The notes under the pieces are model-generated. The model did no database searches. It had not been told where the DNA came from and worked only from the letters and a program-made list of their open reading frames with translations. A DNA stretch of 64,000 nt, from NCBI GenBank assembly GCA_963735055.1, contig CAVTJN010000010.1:47442-111441 (forward strand), read 5' to 3'. Both the position numbers and the translations under genes were made by a program. Position 1 is the stretch's first letter, and each line of letters opens with the position of its first letter. Shown here piece by piece: positions 21,826 to 31,721 of this stretch. This DNA comes from an uncultured Chloroflexia bacterium. Lineage in GTDB: Bacteria > Chloroflexota > Dehalococcoidia > Dehalococcoidales > UBA2162.

Positions 21826-22197
21826 TCAGTCCGGCCGGTATTCCGCCCGGCTGGTGGGTGATTCCCACACCTCGACCCGGGATAGGGTAACGGGCGCCCC
21901 AGCGAGGCGGGCTTTCATTTCGGCGTAGACCGTCGAGGCGATGTTTTCAGACGAAGGATTGATCCTGTCGAAGGGCGCGTTGTCATTGAGAGAGGTATGA
22001 TCGAAGCGGCCGGCGACCTCCCCGAGCAACTTCTTGAGTACCGTGAAGTCGTAGGCGAGCCCGATCTCGTTCAGCGCGGTAGCCCGGACGGTGACGGCCA
22101 CGCGAAAGCGGTGGCCGTGCAGCGATTCGCACTTGCCCTGATATCCTCTAAGGGCGTGAGCGGCATCGAATTCCTGTTCGACTGAGATCTCGTACAT
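21826..22197 (-). CDS. queD: 6-carboxytetrahydropterin synthase QueD (probable dual PTPS-I/III)
   Basis: FDAAHAL, CESLHGH, NPSSENIA, VWESPTS. Confidence 0.9.
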   Translation of the reverse strand: MYEISVEQEFDAAHALRGYQGKCESLHGHRFRVAVTVRATALNEIGLAYDFTVLKKLLGEVAGRFDHTSLNDNAPFDRINPSSENIASTVYAEMKARLAGAPVTLSRVEVWESPTSRAEYRPD

Positions 22198-22234
22198 GTT
22201 AAGCCTCTTTCCGTTCGGTGTGACGCAATCGGTG

Positions 22235-22741
22235 CTAGTTCGGGGTAGCCGGTACGTACTTGAGCACGTCCTGCCTGCCGGCCACCGCTGAAAGCAACTC
22301 GATGACGGTCTTGTGCAAGACGGGGTGGACCACGTCCGGCGCAATCTCGGCCAGCGGTGTGAGTACAAACTCCCTTTCGGCTAACCTAGGGTGGGGGATT
22401 GAGAGCCCTGGACTGTCGACCTTCGCATCACCATAGAGAAGGATGTCAATGTCGATGGGCCGGGGGGCCGCCACTCGGGCGGGTATCCTGCCCAGCTTCA
22501 ACTCGAAGCCCTGAAGCAGGGCTAGGAGGGAGGCGGGGGGAAGCATGGTACTCACCTCGCATGCCATGTTGAGAAACCGGGGTTGGCTCTCGTCCCCGAT
22601 GGATTTGGTATCGTAGATAGATGAAACTTTGCCGAGCCTCATCCTGTGTGAGATCAATTCGATCGCTTTCTTCAGGCTGTCTTCACGGCTGCCGAGGTTG
22701 GAGCCGAGGCCCAAAAAGACGGTGACAGGTGCTGTACTCAC
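22235..22741 (-). CDS. folK: 2-amino-4-hydroxy-6-hydroxymethyldihydropteridine diphosphokinase
   Basis: LGLGSNLG, PRPIDIDILLY, IPHPRLAEREFVLTPL. Confidence 0.95.
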   Translation of the reverse strand: MSTAPVTVFLGLGSNLGSREDSLKKAIELISHRMRLGKVSSIYDTKSIGDESQPRFLNMACEVSTMLPPASLLALLQGFELKLGRIPARVAAPRPIDIDILLYGDAKVDSPGLSIPHPRLAEREFVLTPLAEIAPDVVHPVLHKTVIELLSAVAGRQDVLKYVPATPN

Positions 22742-22917
22742 GGCATCTCCTTCGTGTTAAGAGTTTCAAATATTCTAGCACTTTTGATACTGTCAGATAC
22801 CGACCACGGGGCAAGTCAGCGACCGGGCCGGGAAGAGCGCCCCGCTTCTTTGTTCGCCAGCATGCTTGTCCTATAATGGCCGTGTCCGTAATGGTGATCC
22901 GGTGAGGAGGAGTGAAG

Positions 22918-23259
22918 ATGGACTGCATTTTCTGTAAAATAGCCAACGGCGAGATCCCAGCCAGTCTGGTCTATGATGACGATGAGCTACTAGCTTTTCA
23001 CGACATCAACCCGATCGCACCGACGCACATTCTGATAATCCCACGAAGGCATATTGCTTCTCTCACAGATCTGTCGGACACCGATCTGCCGATGATGGCG
23101 CGGACAGTGAAAGTGGCCAACGATCTCGCCAGGCAAGAGGGCATTTCCGAAAAAGGGTACCGTCTGGTGATTAACTGCGGACGGGAGGGCACGCAGCTGG
23201 TCCAGCACCTGCACATGCACCTTATCGGAGGACGTCAGCTCTCGGGGAGGATCGGCTAG
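22918..23259 (+). CDS. hinT: Histidine triad nucleotide-binding protein
   Basis: DCIFCKI, AFHDINP, HLHMHLIGGR. Confidence 0.92.
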   Translation: MDCIFCKIANGEIPASLVYDDDELLAFHDINPIAPTHILIIPRRHIASLTDLSDTDLPMMARTVKVANDLARQEGISEKGYRLVINCGREGTQLVQHLHMHLIGGRQLSGRIG

Positions 23260-23783
23260 GGGGGGCTCCTCAGGTAGGTGTATATCCCGGCGATGCTCTT
23301 GGCGTCGCAGATGGCGGCGGAGGCAATCAGTCCCTCAAGCGCCCCGGGGTCTACGCTGACCACGCGAATCCCCGCGGTATCTTCGGCCTCCAGCCGGTTC
23401 GGGATCAGATCGGTAGCCAGGAAAAGGTGGAGATACTCGGTGCAGAAGCCAGGCGAGGAATAGAACCCCCCGAGCTGCCTGACCGTCCGTGGCGAAAAGC
23501 CGGTTTCCTCGCTCATCTCGCGTCGTACCGCGGCAACAGCGTCCTCTCCGGGATCAATGCCCCCGGCGGGTATCTCGAGTAATTCCTTACCTGCGGCGTG
23601 ACGATACTGTCGTACGAGCAGGACCCTGCCCGCCGAATCTACGGCCACAACGGCCACACACTCCGCATGTTCGACGATTTCTCTGGCGGCATGGCGACCG
23701 TCCGGCGTCTCGACAGTATCGACTCGCAGGTTGATATGCCCGCGGTAGATAAATTCGGTGGAGAGAGTCTTTTCCTCGTTCAT
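23256..23783 (-). CDS. Nudix hydrolase, ADP-ribose pyrophosphatase (NudF-like)
   Basis: REIVEH, LVRQYRH, EIPAGGID...RREMSEETG, YSSPGFCTE. Confidence 0.88.
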   Translation of the reverse strand: MNEEKTLSTEFIYRGHINLRVDTVETPDGRHAAREIVEHAECVAVVAVDSAGRVLLVRQYRHAAGKELLEIPAGGIDPGEDAVAAVRREMSEETGFSPRTVRQLGGFYSSPGFCTEYLHLFLATDLIPNRLEAEDTAGIRVVSVDPGALEGLIASAAICDAKSIAGIYTYLRSPP

Positions 23784-23841
23784 GAATGCGGTCCGTTGGG
23801 TCGGCTGCCACAGCCTTACCGGTCTGTCCGGATGCAGGGGG

Positions 23842-24312
23842 CTATACTTGTGCCGGAATACTGAGACGACAAACCAAGGCAACTTCGTCGCAGCTTGGGA
23901 ACTTGGGGCAGCGATAGCACTCGTTCCAGACCTTCTGGGGTAAATCCATCTTGTCGACTTTGGCGAACCCGAGCTTCTCAAAGAAGCCCGGTTTGTAAGT
24001 AAGGCAGAAGATGTTGGGGACTCCCAGTTCGCGGGCCTCGCGGACGCAAGCCGCAACGAGGTCAAACCCTACGTGCCGCTTCTGGTAGTCTTCGGCGACC
24101 GCTACCGACCTTACCTCGGCGAGGTCCGACCAGTTGACGTGAAGGGCGGCGCACCCCACCACCACCCCGTCGTCCCGGGCAACAAAGTAGTCGCGGATGT
24201 TCTCGTAGATCTCGCTGAGGGGGCGGGGCAGCATCTGACCGCGCTCGGCGAAAGAGTTGATGAGTTTGTGCATGCTTGGCACATCAGTGATCTTAGCTCG
24301 CTCTGTGACCAT
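23842..24312 (-). CDS. GNAT N-acetyltransferase (short ArgA-like)
   Basis: MLPRPLSEIYENIRDY, LAEVRSVAV, LPQKVWNECYRCPKF. Confidence 0.8.
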   Translation of the reverse strand: MVTERAKITDVPSMHKLINSFAERGQMLPRPLSEIYENIRDYFVARDDGVVVGCAALHVNWSDLAEVRSVAVAEDYQKRHVGFDLVAACVREARELGVPNIFCLTYKPGFFEKLGFAKVDKMDLPQKVWNECYRCPKFPSCDEVALVCRLSIPAQV

Positions 24313-25147
24313 TTCCCGGTTCTTTCCCCTTTAGTCTTTCCTCGATAGAATCGTAGAACCTGGTCTCATGCACCCTGAGGAATTCTACGGTGGCGGAACT
24401 GACTCGCACGGTGACGACGTCGCCGCAGTCGAGATCAATGTTGATGTGCCCGTCGATACTCAGTATCCCCGGGGTTGGGCTGGTGAGCTTGAGTCTGCCC
24501 ACGCTTGCCGGCGGCAGCACCATGGGGAAGGAGTAACTGAGGTGAGGCATTACCGGTATCAGCACGAAATCACGCGATTGGGGGTGCAACACCGGACCGC
24601 CGGCGGACAGGGAATAGCCGGTGCAGCCGGTTGCCGTGGCGGCGATGACCCCGTCGGCCCGGTAGGTGGTCATTGGAAGACCGTCGACGCCGGCGTCGAT
24701 GGTTACCAGGCGGGGGGTACCGCCGCGGGCGATCACCACGTCGTTCAGGGCGTAGAACTGGCGAGGCTCTCTGCCTTCAGCCGTCTCAATCTCAGCGGCA
24801 AGGACGGAGCGTGCATCGACGGTCCCTTTCCCTTCGAGAAGGAGCGGCAGCTTCTCCATGGTCTCGCTGACGCTCAACTCGGTCATGAACCCGAGTCTGC
24901 CCAGATTGATGCCGGCGATCGGAATTCTCCTGGGCATTATCGCCTGAGCTGCCCTGAGAATAGTGCCGTCTCCGCCGATGCTCAGAATCAGATCAGTCCC
25001 CTCCACCTGGGGACGGGACTGCTCCCACTCCCAAGCCGAACAGAGCCAAACGGCCAAATGCCGTTCCCTCAGAAACACTTTTATTTCCCGGGCCAGGGCG
25101 CAGGCAGCCTCTTTCAGCGGATGGTAGAATATGCCGATTCTATTCAT
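24293..25147 (-). CDS. nadK: NAD kinase
   Basis: IGGDGTILRA, GINLGRLGF, ALND, DGVIAATATG.TGYSLSAGGP. Confidence 0.93.
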   Translation of the reverse strand: MNRIGIFYHPLKEAACALAREIKVFLRERHLAVWLCSAWEWEQSRPQVEGTDLILSIGGDGTILRAAQAIMPRRIPIAGINLGRLGFMTELSVSETMEKLPLLLEGKGTVDARSVLAAEIETAEGREPRQFYALNDVVIARGGTPRLVTIDAGVDGLPMTTYRADGVIAATATGCTGYSLSAGGPVLHPQSRDFVLIPVMPHLSYSFPMVLPPASVGRLKLTSPTPGILSIDGHINIDLDCGDVVTVRVSSATVEFLRVHETRFYDSIEERLKGKEPGNGHRAS

Positions 25148-25285
25148 GTTGCTACAGGAGCGTCCAGCGGTCCCAAAAACGACTATCATAGTATAGCGCC
25201 GAGTGATGCTGGCAGTAAAGCGTCGGGTTGGCTCCCGGGCACTGCTTGTCTGTGAGGCGGCTAAATATAAGCGAAGGAGAAGACG

Positions 25286-25543
25286 ATGCCTACCAGTGAG
25301 AAGTTTACGGTGTCCGGCGGCCAGATGGTTGACAAGGTTAAGCAGCTGATTCACCAAGGTAATATCAGGCGGATCAGGGTCCTGCAGGAGGGAAGGGTGG
25401 TGATGGAGATACCGCTGACCGCCGGAGCGATCGCCATACTGGCGGCGCCGCTACTGGCCGCTCTCGGCGCCTTCGCCGCGTTGGCGACGGAGTGCACAAT
25501 CGAAGTGGAGAAGATGGATTTGTCCGACCAGGTGAAGAAATAG
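25286..25543 (+). CDS. DUF4342-like small protein
   Basis: VDKVKQLIHQGNIRRIRV...EIPLTAG...AALATECTIEVEK; RBS AAGGAG. Confidence 0.75.
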   Translation: MPTSEKFTVSGGQMVDKVKQLIHQGNIRRIRVLQEGRVVMEIPLTAGAIAILAAPLLAALGAFAALATECTIEVEKMDLSDQVKK

Positions 25544-25548
25544 GTCGC

Positions 25549-26178
25549 GTGGACATTGTCCTGGCCAGACACGGCGAGACCGAGTGGAATGTCGGAGAGG
25601 TGTTCCGCGGCCGGGCGGACATCGACCTGAACGATACGGGACGAATACAGGCCGGTCTACTTGGCCAGTTCCTGGCGGAAACGGAGATTGAGAAGGTCTA
25701 TTCCAGCCCGCTGAAACGGGCACTCGCGACCGCCGGGGCGATCGCGCAGCACCACGGTCTGGAAGTGGAAGTTTCGCCGGGGCTCAATGACCTGAATTTC
25801 GGGGAGTGGGAGGGTCATCCGGTAGTGGAGGTCAAAGAGAGGTATCCCGATGTCTTCGCTCTGTGGGCGGACCATCCGGAAAAGACCCGGTTGCCCGGCG
25901 GTGAGACGTTGGACGACGTTAGCCGGCGGGCGGAGAGAGTCGTCAGCGAAGCCGTTGCAGACCATTCGGGGGTGGTCGTTCTGGTGACCCACCGCGTGGT
26001 AATCAAGGTACTGGTGTGTGCTCTCCTCGGCCTCGGCAACCGCAACTTCTGGAACGTCATGGTAGATACCTGCGGTCTGACGACTTTTCGTCACGACCGG
26101 GGGCGTTTCGTCCTGGTCAGACACAATGACACCAGCTTCCTGAAGCCAATGGACAAGCAGCCACCGGCGGATTTCTAG
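25549..26178 (+). CDS. Histidine phosphatase family protein (phosphoglycerate mutase-like)
   Basis: LARHGETEWN, SSPLKRA, FGEWEG, VTH. Confidence 0.9.
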   Translation: MDIVLARHGETEWNVGEVFRGRADIDLNDTGRIQAGLLGQFLAETEIEKVYSSPLKRALATAGAIAQHHGLEVEVSPGLNDLNFGEWEGHPVVEVKERYPDVFALWADHPEKTRLPGGETLDDVSRRAERVVSEAVADHSGVVVLVTHRVVIKVLVCALLGLGNRNFWNVMVDTCGLTTFRHDRGRFVLVRHNDTSFLKPMDKQPPADF

Positions 26179-26217
26179 TTCGTCCCGGGGCCAATTCATC
26201 TCTGTTATAATTGGCGT

Positions 26218-28941
26218 ATGGCTGAACCCAGGCTCGTTCTCTTCGACGGTCATGCCATTGTGCATCGGGCGTTTCACGCTTTCGAGAGAACGAGGATACT
26301 TACCAGCAAGAGCGGCGAAATCGTGAGCGCGGTGTACGGCTTCGCGTCGATGCTGCTGAAATCGGTAACCGATCTCAAACCGGTCTACTGGGCAATCGCG
26401 TTCGACCGGGCAGCTCCTACCTTCCGTCATCAGATGTTCGATCAGTACAAGGCGCAGCGCCCCCGTACGCCGGAGGAACTGGTTGGTCAAATGGGCCGTG
26501 TAAGACAGCTGGTGGACGCGTTTCGGCTGCCGGTTTTCGAACTGGATGGCTTCGAAGCCGATGATGTGCTCGGCACGCTGGGACGGCAGGCATCGGAACT
26601 GGGCGTGGATACGGTCATTGTAACCGGCGACGCCGATGCCATGCAGCTGGTCTCGCCGCGGGTGAAAGTGCTGTACCCAAAGCCCCGGGGCACTTTCGGC
26701 GACACGGCCCTGTTCGACGAGAGTATGGTCGTGGAAAAGTACGGGGTTAGACCGAACAATATCGCCGACCTGAAAGCACTCGTGGGAGACCCATCGGACA
26801 ACATTCCCGGCGTCCGCGGCATCGGAGGCAAGACTGCGGTCAAGTTGATACAGGAGTTCGGTACGATCGAAGAGATCTACCGCCATCTCGAGGACGTAAC
26901 GCCGCCCAGACTGCAGGCTCTGCTCAGGGAGAATGAAGCAGTAGCCCACCACAGTAAGAAGTTGACCACCATAGTGGTCGACACGCCGGTCAGTTTGAAC
27001 CTGGACCAGTGCCGCGTCAGCCGCTACGACCGGGACGTAGTCACCGGTCTGTTTCGTGAGCTTGGTTTTTCGAGCTTGCTCGGCAAGCTGGCGGGCCTTG
27101 AAGAGGCCATTTCAGAGTCCGCCCCCCGGCCGCAGCGTAAACCGGTACCGGTACGGTACCAAATCGTGAATACAGCGTCGGCCCTTGATGAGTTGGTTAT
27201 CAGGCTCAAGACCGCTGGAGTCTTCTCCTTCGATCTTGAGGCCACCGGAACTGACCCCATGGCGGCAGGAATTGTCGGCTTCTCCTTTTCGCCTGCCTCC
27301 GGGGAAGCCTACTATGTCCCGGTGGGACACACCGGGTGGGGCGGGGGAGAGCAGTTGCCACTGCCATACGTTCTTGACCGGGTCAGGCCGCTCCTGGATG
27401 ACGCCACCCTGTCGAAGGTCGCCCACAATGCGAACTATGATACCACTCTCCTGGGAGAGAATGGTGTCGCCGTGAACGGCCTGGGTTTCGACTCGATGAT
27501 CGCCGCCCACCTGTTGGGCGAGCGGGCTCTCAGTCTTAAGACTCTTGCCTTTGATCGGTTCGGGGTAGAAATGACGCCGATAACGGCTCTCATCGGGACC
27601 GGGGCCAAGCAGCTTTCGATGTCTCAGGTCGAGATCGACCGGGCGGCCGAGTATGCCTCGGCCGATGCCGATATGACCTTCAGGCTGGCCGGACTCCTCG
27701 AGCCCGAGTTACACAGGGACAGGTTGTGGGCGTTGTTTGCTGATGTCGAGATGCCGCTGGTTCCGGTCCTGGTGCACATGCAGAGAAATGGGATTGCCCT
27801 CGACACTGACTTGCTGAGAGCGATGTCGCTCCGGTTGGGTGGCCAACTGCGCAAACTGGAGCAGGACATCTACGATTGCGTCGGGCATCAGTTCAACATC
27901 AACTCTCCGCAACAGCTGAGTGCGGTGCTGTTCAATGATCTCCAGCTTCCCGCCCGCAAGAAGGGAGGCGCCTATTCGACTGGCGCCGAGATACTGGAAG
28001 AACTACGGGGAGCGCACCCGGTGATCGGACCGATTCTGGAATACCGGCAACTGGCCAAGCTGAAGTCAACCTACGTGGACGCTCTGCCGGGTCTGATCAA
28101 TCCGAAGACGGGCCGGGTGCATACCAGCTTCAACCAGACGAAGACGGCGACCGGCCGGCTGTCCTCGAGCGACCCGAATCTGCAGAACATCCCGATAAGG
28201 GGTGAATTGGGCAGAGAAATCCGGCTCGCTTTTGTGGCCCCCGAAGGGTCACTGCTCATGAGCGCCGACTACTCTCAGATCGACCTGCGGGCCCTCGCCC
28301 ACCTGTCACAGGACGAGGGGCTGCTTGAAGGTTTCAGACGCGACGAAGACGTTCACGCGGCGACCGCCAGCCGGCTTTTCGGCGTGCCGCCGCTCCTGGT
28401 GACTCCGGACATGCGGCGGCTGGCCAAGACAGTGAATTTCGGGGTCATCTACGGCATGAGTGAGTACGGGCTGGAGCAGGCCACCGAATTATCCAGGGAA
28501 GAAGCGGCGCAATTTATTACGGCCTACTTCGACAAGTATCCCGGGGTCGCGAAGTATCTTGAGACTACGCGGCAGCAGGCCAGGGACACCGGCTACGTCC
28601 AGACGATTCTCGGCCGGCGACGTTCGATCCCGGAAATCAATTCCACGAACCGGCAGGTCAGACTGGCTGCCGAGCGGATGGCGATCAACATGCCGGTTCA
28701 GGGCACATCGGCCGACATCATCAAAGTGGCCATGGTCAACCTGTACCGCGAGATGGAAAGGCGGCATTTGAAGAGCCGGATGCTGCTTCAGGTCCACGAC
28801 GAACTGGTGTTCGAAGTGCCCCGGGAGGAACTCGCCGAAATGAGCGAACTGGTGCCGGTTATGATGTCTACGGCCATCGAATTGAGTATCCCGGTCAGGG
28901 TGGAAACCAAGAGCGGCCAGAATTGGGGCGAACTAAAGTAG
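26218..28941 (+). CDS. polA: DNA polymerase I
   Basis: 5'-3' exonuclease (GDPSDNIPGV), 3'-5' exonuclease (FDLE), polymerase motifs ADYSQID, AKTVNFG, QVHDEL. Confidence 0.97.
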   Translation: MAEPRLVLFDGHAIVHRAFHAFERTRILTSKSGEIVSAVYGFASMLLKSVTDLKPVYWAIAFDRAAPTFRHQMFDQYKAQRPRTPEELVGQMGRVRQLVDAFRLPVFELDGFEADDVLGTLGRQASELGVDTVIVTGDADAMQLVSPRVKVLYPKPRGTFGDTALFDESMVVEKYGVRPNNIADLKALVGDPSDNIPGVRGIGGKTAVKLIQEFGTIEEIYRHLEDVTPPRLQALLRENEAVAHHSKKLTTIVVDTPVSLNLDQCRVSRYDRDVVTGLFRELGFSSLLGKLAGLEEAISESAPRPQRKPVPVRYQIVNTASALDELVIRLKTAGVFSFDLEATGTDPMAAGIVGFSFSPASGEAYYVPVGHTGWGGGEQLPLPYVLDRVRPLLDDATLSKVAHNANYDTTLLGENGVAVNGLGFDSMIAAHLLGERALSLKTLAFDRFGVEMTPITALIGTGAKQLSMSQVEIDRAAEYASADADMTFRLAGLLEPELHRDRLWALFADVEMPLVPVLVHMQRNGIALDTDLLRAMSLRLGGQLRKLEQDIYDCVGHQFNINSPQQLSAVLFNDLQLPARKKGGAYSTGAEILEELRGAHPVIGPILEYRQLAKLKSTYVDALPGLINPKTGRVHTSFNQTKTATGRLSSSDPNLQNIPIRGELGREIRLAFVAPEGSLLMSADYSQIDLRALAHLSQDEGLLEGFRRDEDVHAATASRLFGVPPLLVTPDMRRLAKTVNFGVIYGMSEYGLEQATELSREEAAQFITAYFDKYPGVAKYLETTRQQARDTGYVQTILGRRRSIPEINSTNRQVRLAAERMAINMPVQGTSADIIKVAMVNLYREMERRHLKSRMLLQVHDELVFEVPREELAEMSELVPVMMSTAIELSIPVRVETKSGQNWGELK

Positions 28942-28998
28942 TCCGATTCTTCGGGTCCGTGCTGCCGCGACATAATTGACGTAGAAGGGTGGACGAAG

Positions 28999-29814
28999 AT
29001 GCCGGAACTGCCCGAAGTTGAAACGGTGAAGAACGATCTGCTGCCTGTCGTGGTCGGTCAGCGTATCACGGACGTGACGCTCTTTTGGGACGGCATGGTG
29101 CGCGGGCCGTCGGTAGAGGAGTTCCGCCGGCTGCTGGTGGGCCAGCAGATTACGGGTCTTACCCGCCGGGCAAAGTATCTTCTGTTCCAGTTGGGCAGCG
29201 GCGACACGCTGGTCATTCATCTCAAAATGAGCGGGGCGCTGCTCCTGCAAACACCCGACGATCTGGGAAAATACATCCGCGCCGTTATTCACCTTGAAGG
29301 CGACCGCAAGATCTACTTCCGGGATCCCCGCAAGTTCGCGCGGATGACGGTGGTGCATGACGTGGCGTCGATTGTCGATAAGCTGGGGCCGGAGCCGCTC
29401 GAAGCGTCTTTCACCGCGGCCACGCTGTCCAAGCTCCTGGGAAGGCGAAAGGGACCGATCAAGGCAGTGCTGCTCGACCAGGGCCTTATTGCCGGCCTGG
29501 GCAACATGTACGCGGACGAAGCCCTTTTTGCCGCCCGAATCGGTCCGCTGCGTCCGGCCAATAGTCTGACGGAACCGGAGCTCAGGCATCTCCACAGGGC
29601 GATCCGAGAAGTGTTGCGGCTGGGAATTACCAACAAAGGCGCCAGCGAGGTCACCTATTTCCGGCCGAGCGGCGACATGGGAAAGGCGTTCGAGGATTTC
29701 AAAGTCGCCCACCGCCGTGACGCCGCCTGTCCGCGCTGCGGTACACCAATCCAGCGCATAAGACTCCGGGGCCGGGGCACCTATTTCTGTCCGCACTGCC
29801 AGGGCGACGCTTAG
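28999..29814 (+). CDS. mutM: Formamidopyrimidine-DNA glycosylase
   Basis: N-terminal PELPEVET, AGLGNMYADE, C-terminal zinc finger. Confidence 0.96.
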   Translation: MPELPEVETVKNDLLPVVVGQRITDVTLFWDGMVRGPSVEEFRRLLVGQQITGLTRRAKYLLFQLGSGDTLVIHLKMSGALLLQTPDDLGKYIRAVIHLEGDRKIYFRDPRKFARMTVVHDVASIVDKLGPEPLEASFTAATLSKLLGRRKGPIKAVLLDQGLIAGLGNMYADEALFAARIGPLRPANSLTEPELRHLHRAIREVLRLGITNKGASEVTYFRPSGDMGKAFEDFKVAHRRDAACPRCGTPIQRIRLRGRGTYFCPHCQGDA

Positions 29815-29954
29815 TGTAGTGCATCTGACTATTCGTTATCTTCGTTGTGGCCGGCGTCACCATCGACTCCCTTCGACAAGCTTCCCACGCTGCGCTCTGG
29901 ACCGGCAGGGTGAGCGGGATCGGAGGATAGCGCTATCTGAGATGCACTACACTA
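29812..29954. mobile_element. MITE-like non-autonomous element
   Basis: Perfect 15-bp inverted repeats TAGTGTAGTGCATCT / AGATGCACTACACTA around a ~113-bp non-coding interior. Confidence 0.6.
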
Positions 29955-30016
29955 GTTTGAGACGCCCTTGCCCAGCGCAGTATAATCGTCGTGACTCGTG
30001 AAGAAGGAGGTAGCGC

Positions 30017-30475
30017 ATGCACAAGAATTGGAGATTCATACATGCGTCCATTGTCGTCAGGGACATAGAAAAGGCAATTGCCCATTTTGACTCCCTCGAG
30101 GTTGGTCCGTTTCCAGCTTTCCTGGGTGGGCCGGGAATGGCATTCAGCGGGAAGACAGTCAGGGGGAAGCCGGTGGAATACGACATGGATCTGAGGCTCG
30201 CCAAGAGCCAGCTCGGAGGGATTGGCTTCGAACTGATCCAGCCGCTGAAGGGCGAGACGGTTTACACCGAGTTTCTGGAAAAGAAGGGCGAAGGTCTTCA
30301 TCACCTCGCCTATGCGGTCGAGGATTTCGACGCGGAGGTCGCCGAGATGCAGAAGCGGGGTTTCAAGATTGTCCAGACCGGGGCGATGCCGAACAGCCGA
30401 TGGGCGTATTTTGACACCGACAAAGTGGGCGGCATGCTGATCGAATTGTGCGAAGCGCCCAAGAAGAAGGCCTGA
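30017..30475 (+). CDS. VOC-family protein (glyoxalase / methylmalonyl-CoA epimerase-like)
   Basis: HASIVVRDIEKA, FELIQP, GEGLHHLAY, IEL. Confidence 0.85.
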   Translation: MHKNWRFIHASIVVRDIEKAIAHFDSLEVGPFPAFLGGPGMAFSGKTVRGKPVEYDMDLRLAKSQLGGIGFELIQPLKGETVYTEFLEKKGEGLHHLAYAVEDFDAEVAEMQKRGFKIVQTGAMPNSRWAYFDTDKVGGMLIELCEAPKKKA

Positions 30476-30570
30476 GCGATGGCCGCGGTCCCGGACGATC
30501 CTCCGGTTTGGGTTTGTCGCGTGCCTGTGTTAGAATGAACATCTATCGCGACAACTAAGAAAGGAACAAT

Positions 30571-30708
30571 ATGACTGAGAAGACGAAAGCCGTTGAGAAG
30601 CCGCTGCCTGACCTTGGCAAGTTCATTGAGAATGTGAACAAGCGGGACAAGGTGAGCGGGTTGAAACTCAGATTGCCGGTTACCCGGCGGAAAAGACGGG
30701 GTCGATAG
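30571..30708 (+). CDS. Small basic hypothetical protein (45 aa)
   Basis: RBS AAGAAAGGA and upstream TGtTAGAAT; MTEKTKAVEKPLPDLGKFIENVNKRDKVSGLKLRLPVTRRKRRGR. Confidence 0.6.
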   Translation: MTEKTKAVEKPLPDLGKFIENVNKRDKVSGLKLRLPVTRRKRRGR

Positions 30709-30710
30709 GG

Positions 30711-31721
30711 CTAGGATGGCCCGTTCGCCGGTTCGAACGGGTGCCCGCCACGATCGAAATCGGGCCGGTAGTTTGAGTCGGCCCCGAAGTCCTGTACCCA
30801 GCCATTTTCCAGTCCCAACCCCTCAACAAGTTTGACGACCGAAGAGTACTCTTCGGTCGTTATCGTTCTTGATAACTCCGCAATTCCATTTGCCCTGTGT
30901 GCCGGGAAGTACTGTGACATGATGCTCACGGTGATGTTGGGTGAGACCTCGGAGGCGAGCCATGTCAGCGAGTCCTCACTTCCGGCCAGGTTGCCGGGCA
31001 ATATCAGGTGACGTACGATAACCCCCTTCACGGCGAGACCATCGTCATCCACCTCGAGGTCCCCGACCTGACGGTACATCTCCTTAATGGCGGCACGGGC
31101 GTGGCGCACGTACCTCGGGGCATAGGAATAGCGCATGGCCCATCGGTCCGAGGCGTACCTCAGGTCCGGCAAGTAGATGTCGACAATCCCGTCGAGTTGG
31201 GTCACCGTTTCCAGAGAATCGTAGCCTCCGGTGTTGTAGACGAGAGGCAGCCGCAGACCCATGGGGACGGCCTCGAGGACCGCCCGCGTTATCTGGGGGA
31301 CGAGGGGTGTGGGTGAGACGAGGTTAATGTTGTGGCAACCGAGTTCGTCCTGGAGATATATCATGTGTTTTGCCAGGTGGGTGCAACTGATCTCATTCGC
31401 CCGCTGCTGGGCCGGGTCCTGGCTAATCTGGAAATTCTGGCAGTAGACGCAACTCATGTTGCAGTTGCCGAAGAATATGGCGCCGGAACCACGCGTGCCG
31501 GACAGGGCGGGCTCCTCACCACGGTGGGCGCATACCGAAGAAACGACAGGCAGGATTCCCGAATGACAGGCGCCCCGGTTACCCGCCAGCCGGTCGACGA
31601 AACACTGCCTGGGACATATGTTGCACCTTCCAAGACGGGCCTCGAGCGCCTCCGCCCTGCGGGCGAGTTCTCCTGACCGGTATAGACCGAGGTAACCCGG
31701 TTCGTAATCTCGCTGGATCAT
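30711..31721 (-). CDS. Radical SAM protein, PflX-like
   Basis: CNICPRQC, HRGEEP..SG..GSG, CNMSCVYCQN, VRHLILPG, MSQYFP. Confidence 0.88.
   Translation of the reverse strand: MIQRDYEPGYLGLYRSGELARRAEALEARLGRCNICPRQCFVDRLAGNRGACHSGILPVVSSVCAHRGEEPALSGTRGSGAIFFGNCNMSCVYCQNFQISQDPAQQRANEISCTHLAKHMIYLQDELGCHNINLVSPTPLVPQITRAVLEAVPMGLRLPLVYNTGGYDSLETVTQLDGIVDIYLPDLRYASDRWAMRYSYAPRYVRHARAAIKEMYRQVGDLEVDDDGLAVKGVIVRHLILPGNLAGSEDSLTWLASEVSPNITVSIMSQYFPAHRANGIAELSRTITTEEYSSVVKLVEGLGLENGWVQDFGADSNYRPDFDRGGHPFEPANGPS

Noticed and set aside
25657-26952. 431-aa minus-strand ORF, and similar long antisense ORFs (37343-38728, 39060-40151, 51483-52517, 666-1544)
   Set aside because: Shadow ORFs opposite well-supported genes in GC-rich DNA, with no recognisable motifs.
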